Of a DNA stretch of 64,000 nt, positions 30,741-39,973 are shown one piece after another. The notes under the pieces were generated by a model. That model was not told the DNA's origin. It did not search any database and saw only the letters and a program-made list of their open reading frames with translations. The stretch spans positions 128,001 through 192,000 of the forward strand of contig CAWBAT010000003.1 of NCBI GenBank assembly GCA_963786955.1, given 5' to 3'. Numbering within the stretch: the first letter of the stretch is position 1; each line of letters begins with the position of its first letter. The DNA comes from an uncultured Acidimicrobiia bacterium. Lineage in GTDB: Bacteria > Acidobacteriota > Terriglobia > Versatilivoradales > Versatilivoraceae. Made by a program: the position numbers and the translations under genes.

Positions 30741-31847
30741 TTGCAACAATATTCGCGAAGACTATGGCTTACTTATTCTTCACTCGTCGCATGGGGAATT
30801 GCTTTTGCACAAGGCGGCTGTCAGAAACCGAGTGGAAGCTCGCCCTCTCCCTCCACGGCTTCGATGCCTCCGGTCGGGGTTTCACAGCAAAGCCAATTGC
30901 GAGGCGCCGAGGCAGTCATCGAGAAACTCCCGGCAGTGCTTCCGGAGCAAGCTCCTGCAAGTTGGGAGTGGCTTGAGAACAAACCAGTGACCATTGGTCT
31001 GCTCATGATTTCCACGGCCGCCCCCTATCTTGCCGGCTATCGGAAAGCTTTTGACGTTGAAGCCAAGCGGTTGAATCTGAATGTCATTGCCCTGGACGCC
31101 AACAATGATCCGGCCCGGCAAGCGGCTCAGGCCGAAGATTTGATCGGGAAGGGAGTCGCAGTCTTATGTTTTTGGCCGGTGGATGCAAAAGCGATTGTTC
31201 CCAGTGTGAGGAAAGCCTATGAAGCGGGGATCCCTCTGGTATGCACCAATACATGGACAGAGCCCTCGGCATTGAACTATTTCAAGGGATTCGTTGGGGC
31301 CAGCATGATCGAAGAAGGAATCATTGCTGCTCAATTGATGTCAGAGGCACTCACTGGGAAAGGGAAGGTGGCGATCATCGAAGGGAACCCAGGACAAGAT
31401 GCTACCTATTGGCGGTCTACCGCGTTTATTGACGAATTGAAACGCATTGCTCCGGGAATCCAAGTTTTGGATCGGCAGACGGCTCGCTGGGATAGAGCCC
31501 GGGCGACGGCAGTCGCTGAGAACTTTTTAACAACCTATGCTGACCTGAACGCGATCATGGCGCAGGACGACAATATGGCTATGGGTGCGTTACAAGCCAT
31601 CAAGGCTGCTGGAAAGTCTGCTGTCGTCCGATTGATCTCTATCAATGCCAGTAAAGAGGGGCTCGAGGCGATTCGGGACGGCGAGATTTATGGCAGTTGC
31701 ACGCAGTCTCCAACCTTTGAGGGAATCTATACCGCGCGGGTCATCAGGGATGTGGCGAATGGATGGCCTCCCGTTCCCCGATGGATTCGCAACCCGGTGC
31801 TGCGAGTCGATCGAAGGAATGCCCATCAAGTCTTCGGGGAGTGGTGA
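30741..31847 (+). CDS. Sugar ABC transporter periplasmic binding protein (likely lipoprotein)
   Basis: AAGGAGG RBS; signal with GGC, DANNDPARQ, IEGNPG, AQDDNMAMGA (RbsB fold). Confidence 0.88.
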   Translation: MQQYSRRLWLTYSSLVAWGIAFAQGGCQKPSGSSPSPSTASMPPVGVSQQSQLRGAEAVIEKLPAVLPEQAPASWEWLENKPVTIGLLMISTAAPYLAGYRKAFDVEAKRLNLNVIALDANNDPARQAAQAEDLIGKGVAVLCFWPVDAKAIVPSVRKAYEAGIPLVCTNTWTEPSALNYFKGFVGASMIEEGIIAAQLMSEALTGKGKVAIIEGNPGQDATYWRSTAFIDELKRIAPGIQVLDRQTARWDRARATAVAENFLTTYADLNAIMAQDDNMAMGALQAIKAAGKSAVVRLISINASKEGLEAIRDGEIYGSCTQSPTFEGIYTARVIRDVANGWPPVPRWIRNPVLRVDRRNAHQVFGEW

Positions 31848-31983
31848 AATGCCCTCCGGCAAATTTGCCTCGGTTTTAAGGAATAGTCGGCAGTGTTGGG
31901 TTCCTGGCGCCGTCGATTGAGCGATTCGTGAATTGCCGGTACTCTATGAATCCCGCCGGCTGTTTGGGCATTGTGGATGGGTC

Positions 31984-32171
31984 GTAACCCCTCGATTTAT
32001 CGAGGGGGTGGAGAATATTCAGAAACCAATAACCGCTTCAGCGGTTTTTCAAAATAGAACAATAGGAATTGCTTGCTACGGTGACTCCTGTTTGTGAGGA
32101 CGCGGTAAACCGTTGAAACGGTTTCCTGATTGAATGTGCCCTGTGACCCCTCGATGAATCGAGGGGTTAAT
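31984..32171. repeat. Symmetric four-palindrome intergenic element (MITE/REPIN-like) inside the ABC operon
   Basis: cccctcgat-tt-atcgagggg, aaccgcttcagcggtt, aaaccgttgaaacggttt, cccctcgat-ga-atcgagggg in A-B-B'-A' order. Confidence 0.75.
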
Positions 32172-32229
32172 CCAATGTCCAAACCCCAGGCTGGAGTTCC
32201 CAGAGCGCAGCCACAGCAATTTCACAGCT

Positions 32230-33735
32230 ATGATAGAAGAAAATCTTCCCTTGGAACTGAAGGGTGTTACCTGCGAATTCCCCGGAGTTCGGGCGCTGGA
32301 CGACGTCACTCTTGCCTTTTTGCCCGGTGAAATTCATGCGCTGGCGGGCGAAAATGGAGCCGGAAAATCAACTTTGCTTAAAGTGATTTCCGGCCTGGTG
32401 ATCCCAACGAAGGGAAGTGTCCAGATCGCAGGCCGGTCCTACTGCAGTGTCAGGCATCCCCGGCTTTTTGGAATTCGCGTCATTCCCCAGGAGCCGGAGC
32501 TGGCACTCGACCTTTCGATAGCCGAAAACATTTTGCTGGGTCAGCTCCCCAAGACTCGTTGGAAAACTGTCGATTGGCGACAGGCTTTCTTGCAGGCCCA
32601 AGAATTGTTAACCAGGGTTGGATTGGGAGAACGATCTCCGCAGCTGCCAGTCTCCCAGCTTGGATTGGCGGAACAACAACTCGTTGAGATCGCCAGAGCG
32701 CTGGCAGAAAACGGACAGATTTTTCTTTTTGATGAACCGACCGCTTGCCTTACCCTTCCAGACGTCGCCAGACTGGGAGAGATACTAAAAGAGCTCAAAC
32801 AGATGGGAAAGCTTGTCCTTTACGTTTCCCATCGATTGGAAGAGATTTTTTCTCTCTGTGATTGTGTCAGCATCCTGCGTGATGGGCAATTAGTCGGGTC
32901 AAAACGGGTTTCTGAAACCAATCCACAGGAATTGATTCAAATGATGGTCGGCCGGGAAATTGTCGCGAGTCAGGCTCCGGAGGGATCCGATTCCCGGGAG
33001 ATTGTCCTGCGAGTCGAAAAAATCAGTTCCGACCGGTTCCCGCGAAACGTTAGTCTGGAAGTGCGGCGTGGTGAAATCGTTGGGATTGCAGGCTTAGTAG
33101 GGGCGGGACGTACAGAACTTCTCCAGACAATATTCGGGGCAAGACCGGTCAAGACCGGGAAAGTCTTCGTCTCTGAGCATGAAGTTCAGACTCAATCTCC
33201 CCAGGATTCGATCGATGCCGGCATTGCCTATGTCCCCGAAGATCGTAAACGGGACGGTCTTGCGCCAGGCCTTTCGATTGCGGACAATATCAGTTTGCCA
33301 AACATGAAATCTCTAGAACGCTACGGCTTATTGCGAAGCCGAAGGAAAAACGAACTGGCAGAGCGGATGGCCCGACAACTGGACATCCGTCATTCCGGGG
33401 TCGACGGCCTGGCTCTGCATCTCAGCGGCGGGAACCAACAAAAAGTCGTTTTGGGGAAATGGTTGGCAAGAGCGCCGTCGATTCTCCTTCTAGATGAGCC
33501 CACCCGGGGAATCGATATCGGCGCTAAAGCGGAAATTCACAGTCGAATTCGCGAACTCGCCAAGGCAGGAATGGCGATCCTTCTGGTCTCTTCTGAATTG
33601 CCGGATCTACTCTCTCTAAGCGACCGGATCCTGGTCCTGCGGGAAGGTGAGATTGCAGGGGAGCTGGAGCGGCCAAATTTTCACGAAGAATCTGTTATGC
33701 GGCTGGCAACGCCGGGCTACCAGGATATTTATTGA
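32230..33735 (+). CDS. Sugar ABC transporter ATP-binding protein (RbsA-type, two NBDs)
   Basis: GENGAGKST, FDEPT, GLVGAGRTE, LSGGNQQKV, LDEPTRGID. Confidence 0.95.
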   Translation: MIEENLPLELKGVTCEFPGVRALDDVTLAFLPGEIHALAGENGAGKSTLLKVISGLVIPTKGSVQIAGRSYCSVRHPRLFGIRVIPQEPELALDLSIAENILLGQLPKTRWKTVDWRQAFLQAQELLTRVGLGERSPQLPVSQLGLAEQQLVEIARALAENGQIFLFDEPTACLTLPDVARLGEILKELKQMGKLVLYVSHRLEEIFSLCDCVSILRDGQLVGSKRVSETNPQELIQMMVGREIVASQAPEGSDSREIVLRVEKISSDRFPRNVSLEVRRGEIVGIAGLVGAGRTELLQTIFGARPVKTGKVFVSEHEVQTQSPQDSIDAGIAYVPEDRKRDGLAPGLSIADNISLPNMKSLERYGLLRSRRKNELAERMARQLDIRHSGVDGLALHLSGGNQQKVVLGKWLARAPSILLLDEPTRGIDIGAKAEIHSRIRELAKAGMAILLVSSELPDLLSLSDRILVLREGEIAGELERPNFHEESVMRLATPGYQDIY

Positions 33736-34121
33736 GCTCCAGAATGGGTGATCTGCATAGTCTCATCAATGGAATAAACCGGCCAGCCCAGTTTCCCAGG
33801 ATCATTTGGGGTTGCTGTTATTTTGAAGTGCGCCCCATCCTGTACTTCCGAAACATACTGATATCCACGGCGGTTCGCCCCGGAGAATGTTAGATCTCCT
33901 TCGTTTTGAAGTTGTTCCAAACTGGCATAGCTCCCTGAATTTGCAAAATACAATCTTTCCGCTTGAGCGATGGAAAGCAAGTCACTTTGGACACCCGTGG
34001 TATCGATGATTTGCTTTGGCGGGGCTTTCGTCACAGAATTTCGCGTGAGCTGAACCTGGTAAATGTAATAACCGATTCCCAACGCGATCACCAGTCCTAG
34101 CAATGCAGCGCCTCGTCCCAT
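33729..34121 (-). CDS. Pilin-like membrane-anchored hypothetical protein
   Basis: GGAGG RBS, N-terminal TM, DLLSIAQAERLYFANSGSYASL resembles a type IV pilin alpha1-C segment; no GFxxxE cleavage motif. Confidence 0.55.
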   Translation of the reverse strand: MGRGAALLGLVIALGIGYYIYQVQLTRNSVTKAPPKQIIDTTGVQSDLLSIAQAERLYFANSGSYASLEQLQNEGDLTFSGANRRGYQYVSEVQDGAHFKITATPNDPGKLGWPVYSIDETMQITHSGAQ

Positions 34122-34673
34122 CTTTTCCTCCCTCCTCTTTGTAACTTCTCCTATTTGACCTTGGAATCCAATCTGCGCCGGGGACAACGCTTCCCACAAT
34201 CAAAACGTGCGGCCGCACTCAAGTGCCCAGTCCTGAGGGGGAAGGCAGCCTTCCCTGCCAGCCTCAGCCGGATCTGCGATTCATGTCAGATCGCTTCGCT
34301 GCCTGTCGTCGAGAGGTTACGGACCTAAACTCTAGAATGTTAACCACGCAACAACTTTAGCTCAGAAGGTCGTGGCATGACAATACCCATACAAACGTGT
34401 TTTCAGCCGGTAGTCTCTCATCCCAAGTCTGAAAATTGGGAATTAAGAAGATTCTATTGGATGACGATTACCCATGGTAAGATATTGGGGTTTCGTGACC
34501 TTATTTATTCTCCTGGCCTTCCACAGAGATCTCGTGAAACCTGTGACGGTCCAAACTTCACCTTTCCAGTCTTTTGACCTTAGCCTGACTGTTATATTCT
34601 TGCATGATGGAGTCAAAGCAAGGCTTCTTCGGCCGGTAATTCATGGAAAAATACTACATCCTCGGAGGTACCT

Positions 34674-36638
34674 GTGATGAAAATCCTTTTCAATTCCTCC
34701 CGAACACCTCGTCGGCTATTCCAAATAATTCTTATCTTGCTCTTCCTGTGTTTGGCCTGGACGGCTTTGCCGCTGACGGCCCAGCAGGCTTCCCAGCCCA
34801 AGGATCAAGCTCAAGATCGGAAAGAGAGTTTTGGCGGTTCATTCAAGACTCTCAACCCCGAACAACAAAAACTGGTGGTTAATCTGGTTCAGGCCTACGG
34901 CCGCGCGGCGAAAACTCAAGTGGATCCTGAAAGGGTCTATGACGCGAGTCGTCAATCTGTCAGAAGCACATTCGATGCGGTAACACATGCCCTGTGGAAC
35001 ACGAAGTTGACCAGCTCAGATGGGAAATCGTTGGGTACCGCGCTTGATTTGATCGATGCTGTGGAAGATATTGCAGGGGAAGTCCCCGAGGCCCGAGGCG
35101 ATCGACAATTCCGCATCTATGTCCATTTGAAGCCGAATGCCATTGAGACGCTTGGCGCCAGCCGGGAATTCAAGCGAGAGGGAGACAATACGCACTATCA
35201 CTTCGGTTTCCCCATTTGCTTCCGGATGAAGGGTGGGCCACCCTCTATTCAGTGTTCCATTTCGCGAGATGGCAAGCGAGGCGATTTTGACGTGGATTAC
35301 CGCTCTTCTTCATTTCCGTCGGCTGCATTCAACGGGCATCTGAGTGCAGCGAACTCCGATGTGCGAGCGGGTGACAATCTGGACCGGCACGACGGGCGCT
35401 GGTCTGGGCTCACCGGTTGGTGGCAAGGCCTTTTTAGCCTGCCTCTTCAATCCTCTTCAACTTCCGATCCCACTCTAGGCTCATCCAGGATTCCTCCCAA
35501 CCCTCGTATTTCTGAAAAAGAAGGTCTGGACGCGGCCGTCAATGATTTTCTTACTTCTTGGATCATTGAGCAGCAGCCCAATCTTACCGTCGCTTATTTC
35601 TCCCCCCGCAGCTTCTCATGCCTCGAAGAAATGGCCAGTAAGAGAGGGAAGCCTTTTGAGCCTGGAATAGTGAAAGCGCAGCTGATGGTGCGTTTGGCTG
35701 CCTTCAATAAAAAAGTAGGGAAACCCGCTAAAGTTGAAGACGTCCTTGAGAACGTCAAGCCATGGAATCCTCGGCTCAAACCGGTGAAGAATCGGTATGA
35801 GTCAGAGTTCCTCTTATTCGCCGTACCGAACGATATTGCGGCTGCCGTAGATTGTGCGGAACAGAACGCGGTTGAGCCTACACCGGCAAAGAAGAAGGCC
35901 TCCAAGGACTATGGGGATTATTTCGGCTCGGCGTTCCGCCTCAAGGCTGGGGACAGTAAGGGCACTACCGTCTATTTCCTCTGGAGCAAGGAAGGCAATT
36001 ACTGGAAGATCGTTGCATTGAAGACAGCGGATGAAGCCGATCCCAAAATGGTCGCTACAGCAGCAAGTACCGCCGCTCCAAAAGTTCCTACCACGCCACG
36101 GGTGAATGGCGATCCAAAGTTAATCCAAGCAGTGCAACAATTCCTCTCCGCGTGGTTCGTAAAGCAAGAGTATGAAACGGCTCTCTCGTTCTTGTCTCCG
36201 AAATCTTACGTTTGCTTGGATTTCTCAGAAGACCCGGCCAAAAAGGGACTCGCCCCGGAACAGGCCCGCAAAGCAATCACCGACGGATTAGAGAAGGCAG
36301 AACAAGCCATCGGCAAGAAAGCGAATCTGGATGATGCCATCAAAGCCGTCCCGGCACAGCACGAGCTCATTAAGATTGTTACCCATAAAGACGAGAACGT
36401 CTATTCCTTGATCAGCCTTCCGGACGGAATGGCCGAGGATCGCATGTGCAGTAATGCCGATCGAGGAAAGGGGAAGGAGTCGGAACTCGATGATCCCCGC
36501 AATAAGATCTATGGTCACTACTTTGTCAGTTCCTTCGAGCTTAAAATAAGCGGTGGTGAGCCAGCCTCACTCCATTGCATGTGGGGACTGGAAGATGGGA
36601 GCTGGAAGATTCTTGCCTGGAAGGTGGCCAGCGACTAG
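34674..36638 (+). CDS. Secreted hypothetical protein with an internally duplicated domain
   Basis: GGAGG RBS, signal peptide; AVNDFLTSW..FSPRSFSCL..WKIVA repeated as AVQQFLSAW..LSPKSYVCL..WKILA. Confidence 0.75.
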   Translation: MMKILFNSSRTPRRLFQIILILLFLCLAWTALPLTAQQASQPKDQAQDRKESFGGSFKTLNPEQQKLVVNLVQAYGRAAKTQVDPERVYDASRQSVRSTFDAVTHALWNTKLTSSDGKSLGTALDLIDAVEDIAGEVPEARGDRQFRIYVHLKPNAIETLGASREFKREGDNTHYHFGFPICFRMKGGPPSIQCSISRDGKRGDFDVDYRSSSFPSAAFNGHLSAANSDVRAGDNLDRHDGRWSGLTGWWQGLFSLPLQSSSTSDPTLGSSRIPPNPRISEKEGLDAAVNDFLTSWIIEQQPNLTVAYFSPRSFSCLEEMASKRGKPFEPGIVKAQLMVRLAAFNKKVGKPAKVEDVLENVKPWNPRLKPVKNRYESEFLLFAVPNDIAAAVDCAEQNAVEPTPAKKKASKDYGDYFGSAFRLKAGDSKGTTVYFLWSKEGNYWKIVALKTADEADPKMVATAASTAAPKVPTTPRVNGDPKLIQAVQQFLSAWFVKQEYETALSFLSPKSYVCLDFSEDPAKKGLAPEQARKAITDGLEKAEQAIGKKANLDDAIKAVPAQHELIKIVTHKDENVYSLISLPDGMAEDRMCSNADRGKGKESELDDPRNKIYGHYFVSSFELKISGGEPASLHCMWGLEDGSWKILAWKVASD

Positions 36639-36666
36639 CTTTAGCTTGTGTCCGATTGCAGGCAGT

Positions 36667-36695
36667 TGCAGACCCCCGCCAAGCGGAGGTCTGCA
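36667..36695. terminator. Hairpin between convergent genes (possible terminator)
   Basis: tgcagacc-c-ccgc-caa-gcgg-a-ggtctgca; no clear U-tract. Confidence 0.4.
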
Positions 36696-36712
36696 GGACC
36701 ATTGAGGGGAAA

Positions 36713-36931
36713 CTAACTGGGCAGCTTGTGGCCATTCTTTTGGAATGCCTTCCCGAAGTCGGTGAGATTGGGATCTGTAGCACCTTTCGCGGGAACCTTG
36801 GTATGGCATTCTGTGCATTTCTTGCCGGTTTCCTTGGCATATTTCTGAGTTGCCGTGACGGGATTTGAAGACCAGACTGTAATCACCGCCAAACTCGTCA
36901 TAAGAACGACAAACACCCTAAGCATTTTCAT
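36713..36931 (-). CDS. Small secreted monoheme cytochrome c
   Basis: AGGAGG RBS, signal peptide, YAKETGKKCTECH...PNLTDFGKAFQKNG. Confidence 0.8.
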   Translation of the reverse strand: MKMLRVFVVLMTSLAVITVWSSNPVTATQKYAKETGKKCTECHTKVPAKGATDPNLTDFGKAFQKNGHKLPS

Positions 36932-36955
36932 TGACTCCTCCTGTGAGTTTGAATT

Positions 36956-37606
36956 TTAAAAGGGTTTGGCAATTTTCTTTACGCCCTTCTCAGTTGCTTT
37001 GCCTGCGTCTTTGGCTCCTTCTCCAACTGCTTCTCCTGTTTTTGCAGCCCCTTTGGCCGTACCTTTGGCTGCCGCCTTCGTCCCATCAGCCGTCGCGTCA
37101 GCGGCTTTCACGGTGCCTTTAGCCGTTGCATCCGCTGCGCCCTTTGCGCCTTTGGCTGTACCTTTGGCTGCCACTTTCGTGCCGTCAGCCGTCGCGTCGG
37201 CGGCTTTCACTGTACCCTTGGCAGTCGCATCGCCAGCTTTGGTAACTCCTTTGGCCGTACCTTTGGCTGCCGCTTTCGTGCCGTCAGCCGTCGCATCGGC
37301 GGCTTTCACTGTACCCTTGGCAGTCGCATCGCCAGCCTTGGTAACTCCTTTGGCCGTACCTTTGGCTGCCGCTTTCGTGCCGTCAGCCGTCGCATCGGCG
37401 GCTTTCACTGTGCCCTTGGCAGTTGCATCCGCGGCCTTGGTAACTCCTTTAGCCGTACCTTTGGCTGCCGCCTTCGTACCATCAGCCGTTGCGTCGGCCG
37501 CCTTTTCTGTGTCTTTCGCAGCCTGGCTGCTGCACAGGGCAGACGTACAGATGCCCGCTAAAAGCAGGACGGCCAGACCCAAAGCCATTTGAAGGTTCTT
37601 CTTCAT
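36956..37606 (-). CDS. Secreted Ala/Lys/Thr-rich repeat protein (LEA-like 11-mer repeats)
   Basis: GAGGAG RBS, signal peptide; 33-aa unit KAADATADGTKAAAKGTAKGVTKAGDATAKGTV; 99-bp DNA period (e.g. 37254 and 37353). Confidence 0.8.
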   Translation of the reverse strand: MKKNLQMALGLAVLLLAGICTSALCSSQAAKDTEKAADATADGTKAAAKGTAKGVTKAADATAKGTVKAADATADGTKAAAKGTAKGVTKAGDATAKGTVKAADATADGTKAAAKGTAKGVTKAGDATAKGTVKAADATADGTKVAAKGTAKGAKGAADATAKGTVKAADATADGTKAAAKGTAKGAAKTGEAVGEGAKDAGKATEKGVKKIAKPF

Positions 37607-37938
37607 AAGTATTGTTTCTCCTCGGTTAAATATTAAACTACGTTTCCCTAACTAAAAAGAGCCACCTATTCCTGTCCAAAACAAGACAGGTCTTAGTCTT
37701 CATTGGAAAAAATATATCAAATGCTCTTTGATCACCAGGTTTTTTTTGAAATTTTTGGGGAACTAATTGTGACCACCTTTAATTTAGAAACAGAGTGCGG
37801 AGCAGGTGAAAGGGACCGGCTTGGGGGGAGGAGCGACTTTGGAAAATGATGAATATGGGAGCAGCGGACCTACCCGCATGTCAACCAGCCAAAATTGGTT
37901 TATGGTCTCGTCGATTACACTCCGGCTTTCACAACGGC

Positions 37939-39381
37939 TTATGCCAGGATATCTTTGACGACTTCACCGTGCACATCGGTGAGACGATAGTCCCGACCCT
38001 GGAAACGGTAGGTGAGTTTGGTGTGATCAAAGCCCAGCAAGTACATGATAGTGGCGTGCAAATCATGGACGTGAACTTTATCTTTCACCACATTAAACCC
38101 GAGCTCGTCACTTTCGCCCAAAGTAAAGCCGGCCTTGACCCCGCCTCCTGCGAGCCACATGGTAAACGCGTTGGGGTGGTGGTCGCGTCCATCACTACCA
38201 CCCTGGACCATGGGGGTGCGGCCAAATTCGCCGCCCCAAATCACCAATGTATCGTCTAGCATGCCGCGCTGTTTGAGATCTTTAATCAAGGCAGCGCAAG
38301 CTTTGTCGGTATCGAGACAATTCTGCTTGATATCGCGGACTAAGTTCCCGTGCTGGTCCCAAGCTTCATGATAGAGCTGGACAATCCGCACGCCCCGCTC
38401 TACCAAACGCCTGGCGAGGAGGCAATTGTTAGCGAATGAGGGCTTGCCTAATTCAGCCCCGTACATTTCAAGGACCTGTTTAGGTTCCTTGGAAAGATCC
38501 ATGAGTTCCGGTGCGCTGCTCTGCATGCGAAACGCCATCTCAAAAGAATTAATGCGCGTGGCAATTTCAGGGTCCCCGCTAATTCCCAAATGCATTTGAT
38601 TGAGTCGGCGAATGGAGTCTAGCGAATCCCGCTGCAGTTCTTGATCAACACCCCGAGGATTGGAAAGGTAAAGCACCGGGTCGCCGCTCCCGCGGAACTG
38701 GACTCCTTGATAAACGGTGGGGAGAAAACCACTCCCCCAGCAGGAGTTCCCGCCACTGGGACCCTTTTTCCCGGAGCTGAAAACGACGAAGGCCGGCAGA
38801 TCCTGGGATTCGCTACCTAAACCATAAGTGACCCAGGCTCCCATGCTTGGTCTTCCAAACTGGGGTGTTCCCGTATTCATCATCAACTGCCCGGGAGCAT
38901 GGTTAAAGGCATCTGTAACCAGGGACTTCACAATCGTCAGTTCATCGACAACTCCTGCGGTATGAGGCAGTATTTCCGATACGTCGGCCCCCGACTTGCC
39001 ATACTTTGCAAACTTAAATTTAGGGCCTAGTAATTTGGAATTAGGGTTGATGAATGCCGAGCGGTATTCCTTGAGTAATTCGGGAGGAGGGAGTGTCCCA
39101 TCAAATTTTTCCAATTGAGGCTTGTAATCAAATAGTTCCATATGGCTCGGTCCGCCAGCCATAAAGAGGTAAATGATGTTCTTTGCTTTTGGAGAATGAT
39201 GCGGCTTTCTGGGTGCAAGCGGGTTGGGTGGAGCCGGATTCTCGCCGGCGGCAAAGCCGGCACTATTGAGGAGCTGGCCGAGAGCCAGAGTGCCTAAACC
39301 GACACGGCATTGCTCAAAAAACCAACGGCGTGTCACCAGCTGAGGAGGAAGATGTCGATTAAGATTATCCTGACAATTCAT
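37939..39381 (-). CDS. DUF1501 family protein
   Basis: TRRWFF twin-arginine-like leader, [45 protein letters not shown]. Confidence 0.92.
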   Translation of the reverse strand: MNCQDNLNRHLPPQLVTRRWFFEQCRVGLGTLALGQLLNSAGFAAGENPAPPNPLAPRKPHHSPKAKNIIYLFMAGGPSHMELFDYKPQLEKFDGTLPPPELLKEYRSAFINPNSKLLGPKFKFAKYGKSGADVSEILPHTAGVVDELTIVKSLVTDAFNHAPGQLMMNTGTPQFGRPSMGAWVTYGLGSESQDLPAFVVFSSGKKGPSGGNSCWGSGFLPTVYQGVQFRGSGDPVLYLSNPRGVDQELQRDSLDSIRRLNQMHLGISGDPEIATRINSFEMAFRMQSSAPELMDLSKEPKQVLEMYGAELGKPSFANNCLLARRLVERGVRIVQLYHEAWDQHGNLVRDIKQNCLDTDKACAALIKDLKQRGMLDDTLVIWGGEFGRTPMVQGGSDGRDHHPNAFTMWLAGGGVKAGFTLGESDELGFNVVKDKVHVHDLHATIMYLLGFDHTKLTYRFQGRDYRLTDVHGEVVKDILA

Positions 39382-39409
39382 TTAATTACTCCGTATTCTA
39401 GTCTCGATG

Positions 39410-39451
39410 GTTAATAGTCCGTAGTTTAAGGTTCAAGGATCAAGGTTTAAA
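39410..39451 (+). repeat. Degenerate heptamer tandem array (GTTYAAG) downstream of the four-helix-bundle gene
   Basis: gttaata gtccgta gtttaag gttcaag gatcaag gtttaaa. Confidence 0.75.
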
Positions 39452-39454
39452 CCA

Positions 39455-39884
39455 TTAGGTTCCATGCCTTGCAGGTGGCGCTTGGATTTCAGAAGGCTTG
39501 TATTTTGAACCACGCAGATCAGAATGTCTAAGGTACCCCATTAATCCTGAAATCATTCTGCTGACTCTTTTCGTTTGCTCAATGAGGTCATCAAAATCAG
39601 TCTGCTTCATGTAACCTCTGTCAGATGCCAAATAAAGCTGGGCACGGAGTTCCCCCGCGGACCCTTTTGCCTGCGAAAGAAATCTGCAGGAACTCCCGAT
39701 TTCCCCCTCTTTCAAACCCTTCAGCAATGTTTGAAAGAATCGATACAGCAGCGCGACGAATTTGATTACGAAGTTCAAAGTCTCTAGAAAATGGGTGAAG
39801 TTCGGATAAATCGTAAATCAAGTTAGCAAGAACACGAGCCTCTTTCCAAGCATCCATATCCTCAAAGGTTGTGATCCTCGCCAT
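39455..39884 (-). CDS. Four helix bundle protein (23S rRNA IVS-protein-like), frameshift near 39683
   Basis: FEDMDAWKEA, QIRRAAVSILSNIAEGFERG..EF, then FLSQAKGSAGELRAQLYLA in the second frame. Confidence 0.88.
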
Positions 39885-39915
39885 ACATTCAATTTCTAAG
39901 AATAATTCTAAGCAA

Positions 39916-39971
39916 TTCGAACCTTGAACCTTGAACCTTAAACCTTTGACTTTCGACCTTAGACTTTTGAC
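39916..39971 (-). repeat. Eight-unit heptamer tandem array upstream of the four-helix-bundle gene, inverted relative to the 39410 array
   Basis: Plus strand ttcgaac cttgaac cttgaac cttaaac ctttgac tttcgac cttagac ttttgac. Confidence 0.85.
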
Positions 39972-39973
39972 AG

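Noticed and set aside
37050-37510. Possible CRISPR array
   Set aside because: Repeats are contiguous 99-bp coding units without unique spacers, and no cas genes are present.
36966-37592. 208-aa Ala/Val/Pro-rich ORF on the plus strand
   Set aside because: Antisense shadow of the repeat protein; the minus ORF has the RBS and signal peptide.
39455-39884. Diversity-generating retroelement (Avd-like gene)
   Set aside because: No reverse transcriptase or template/variable repeat pair is visible in the window.
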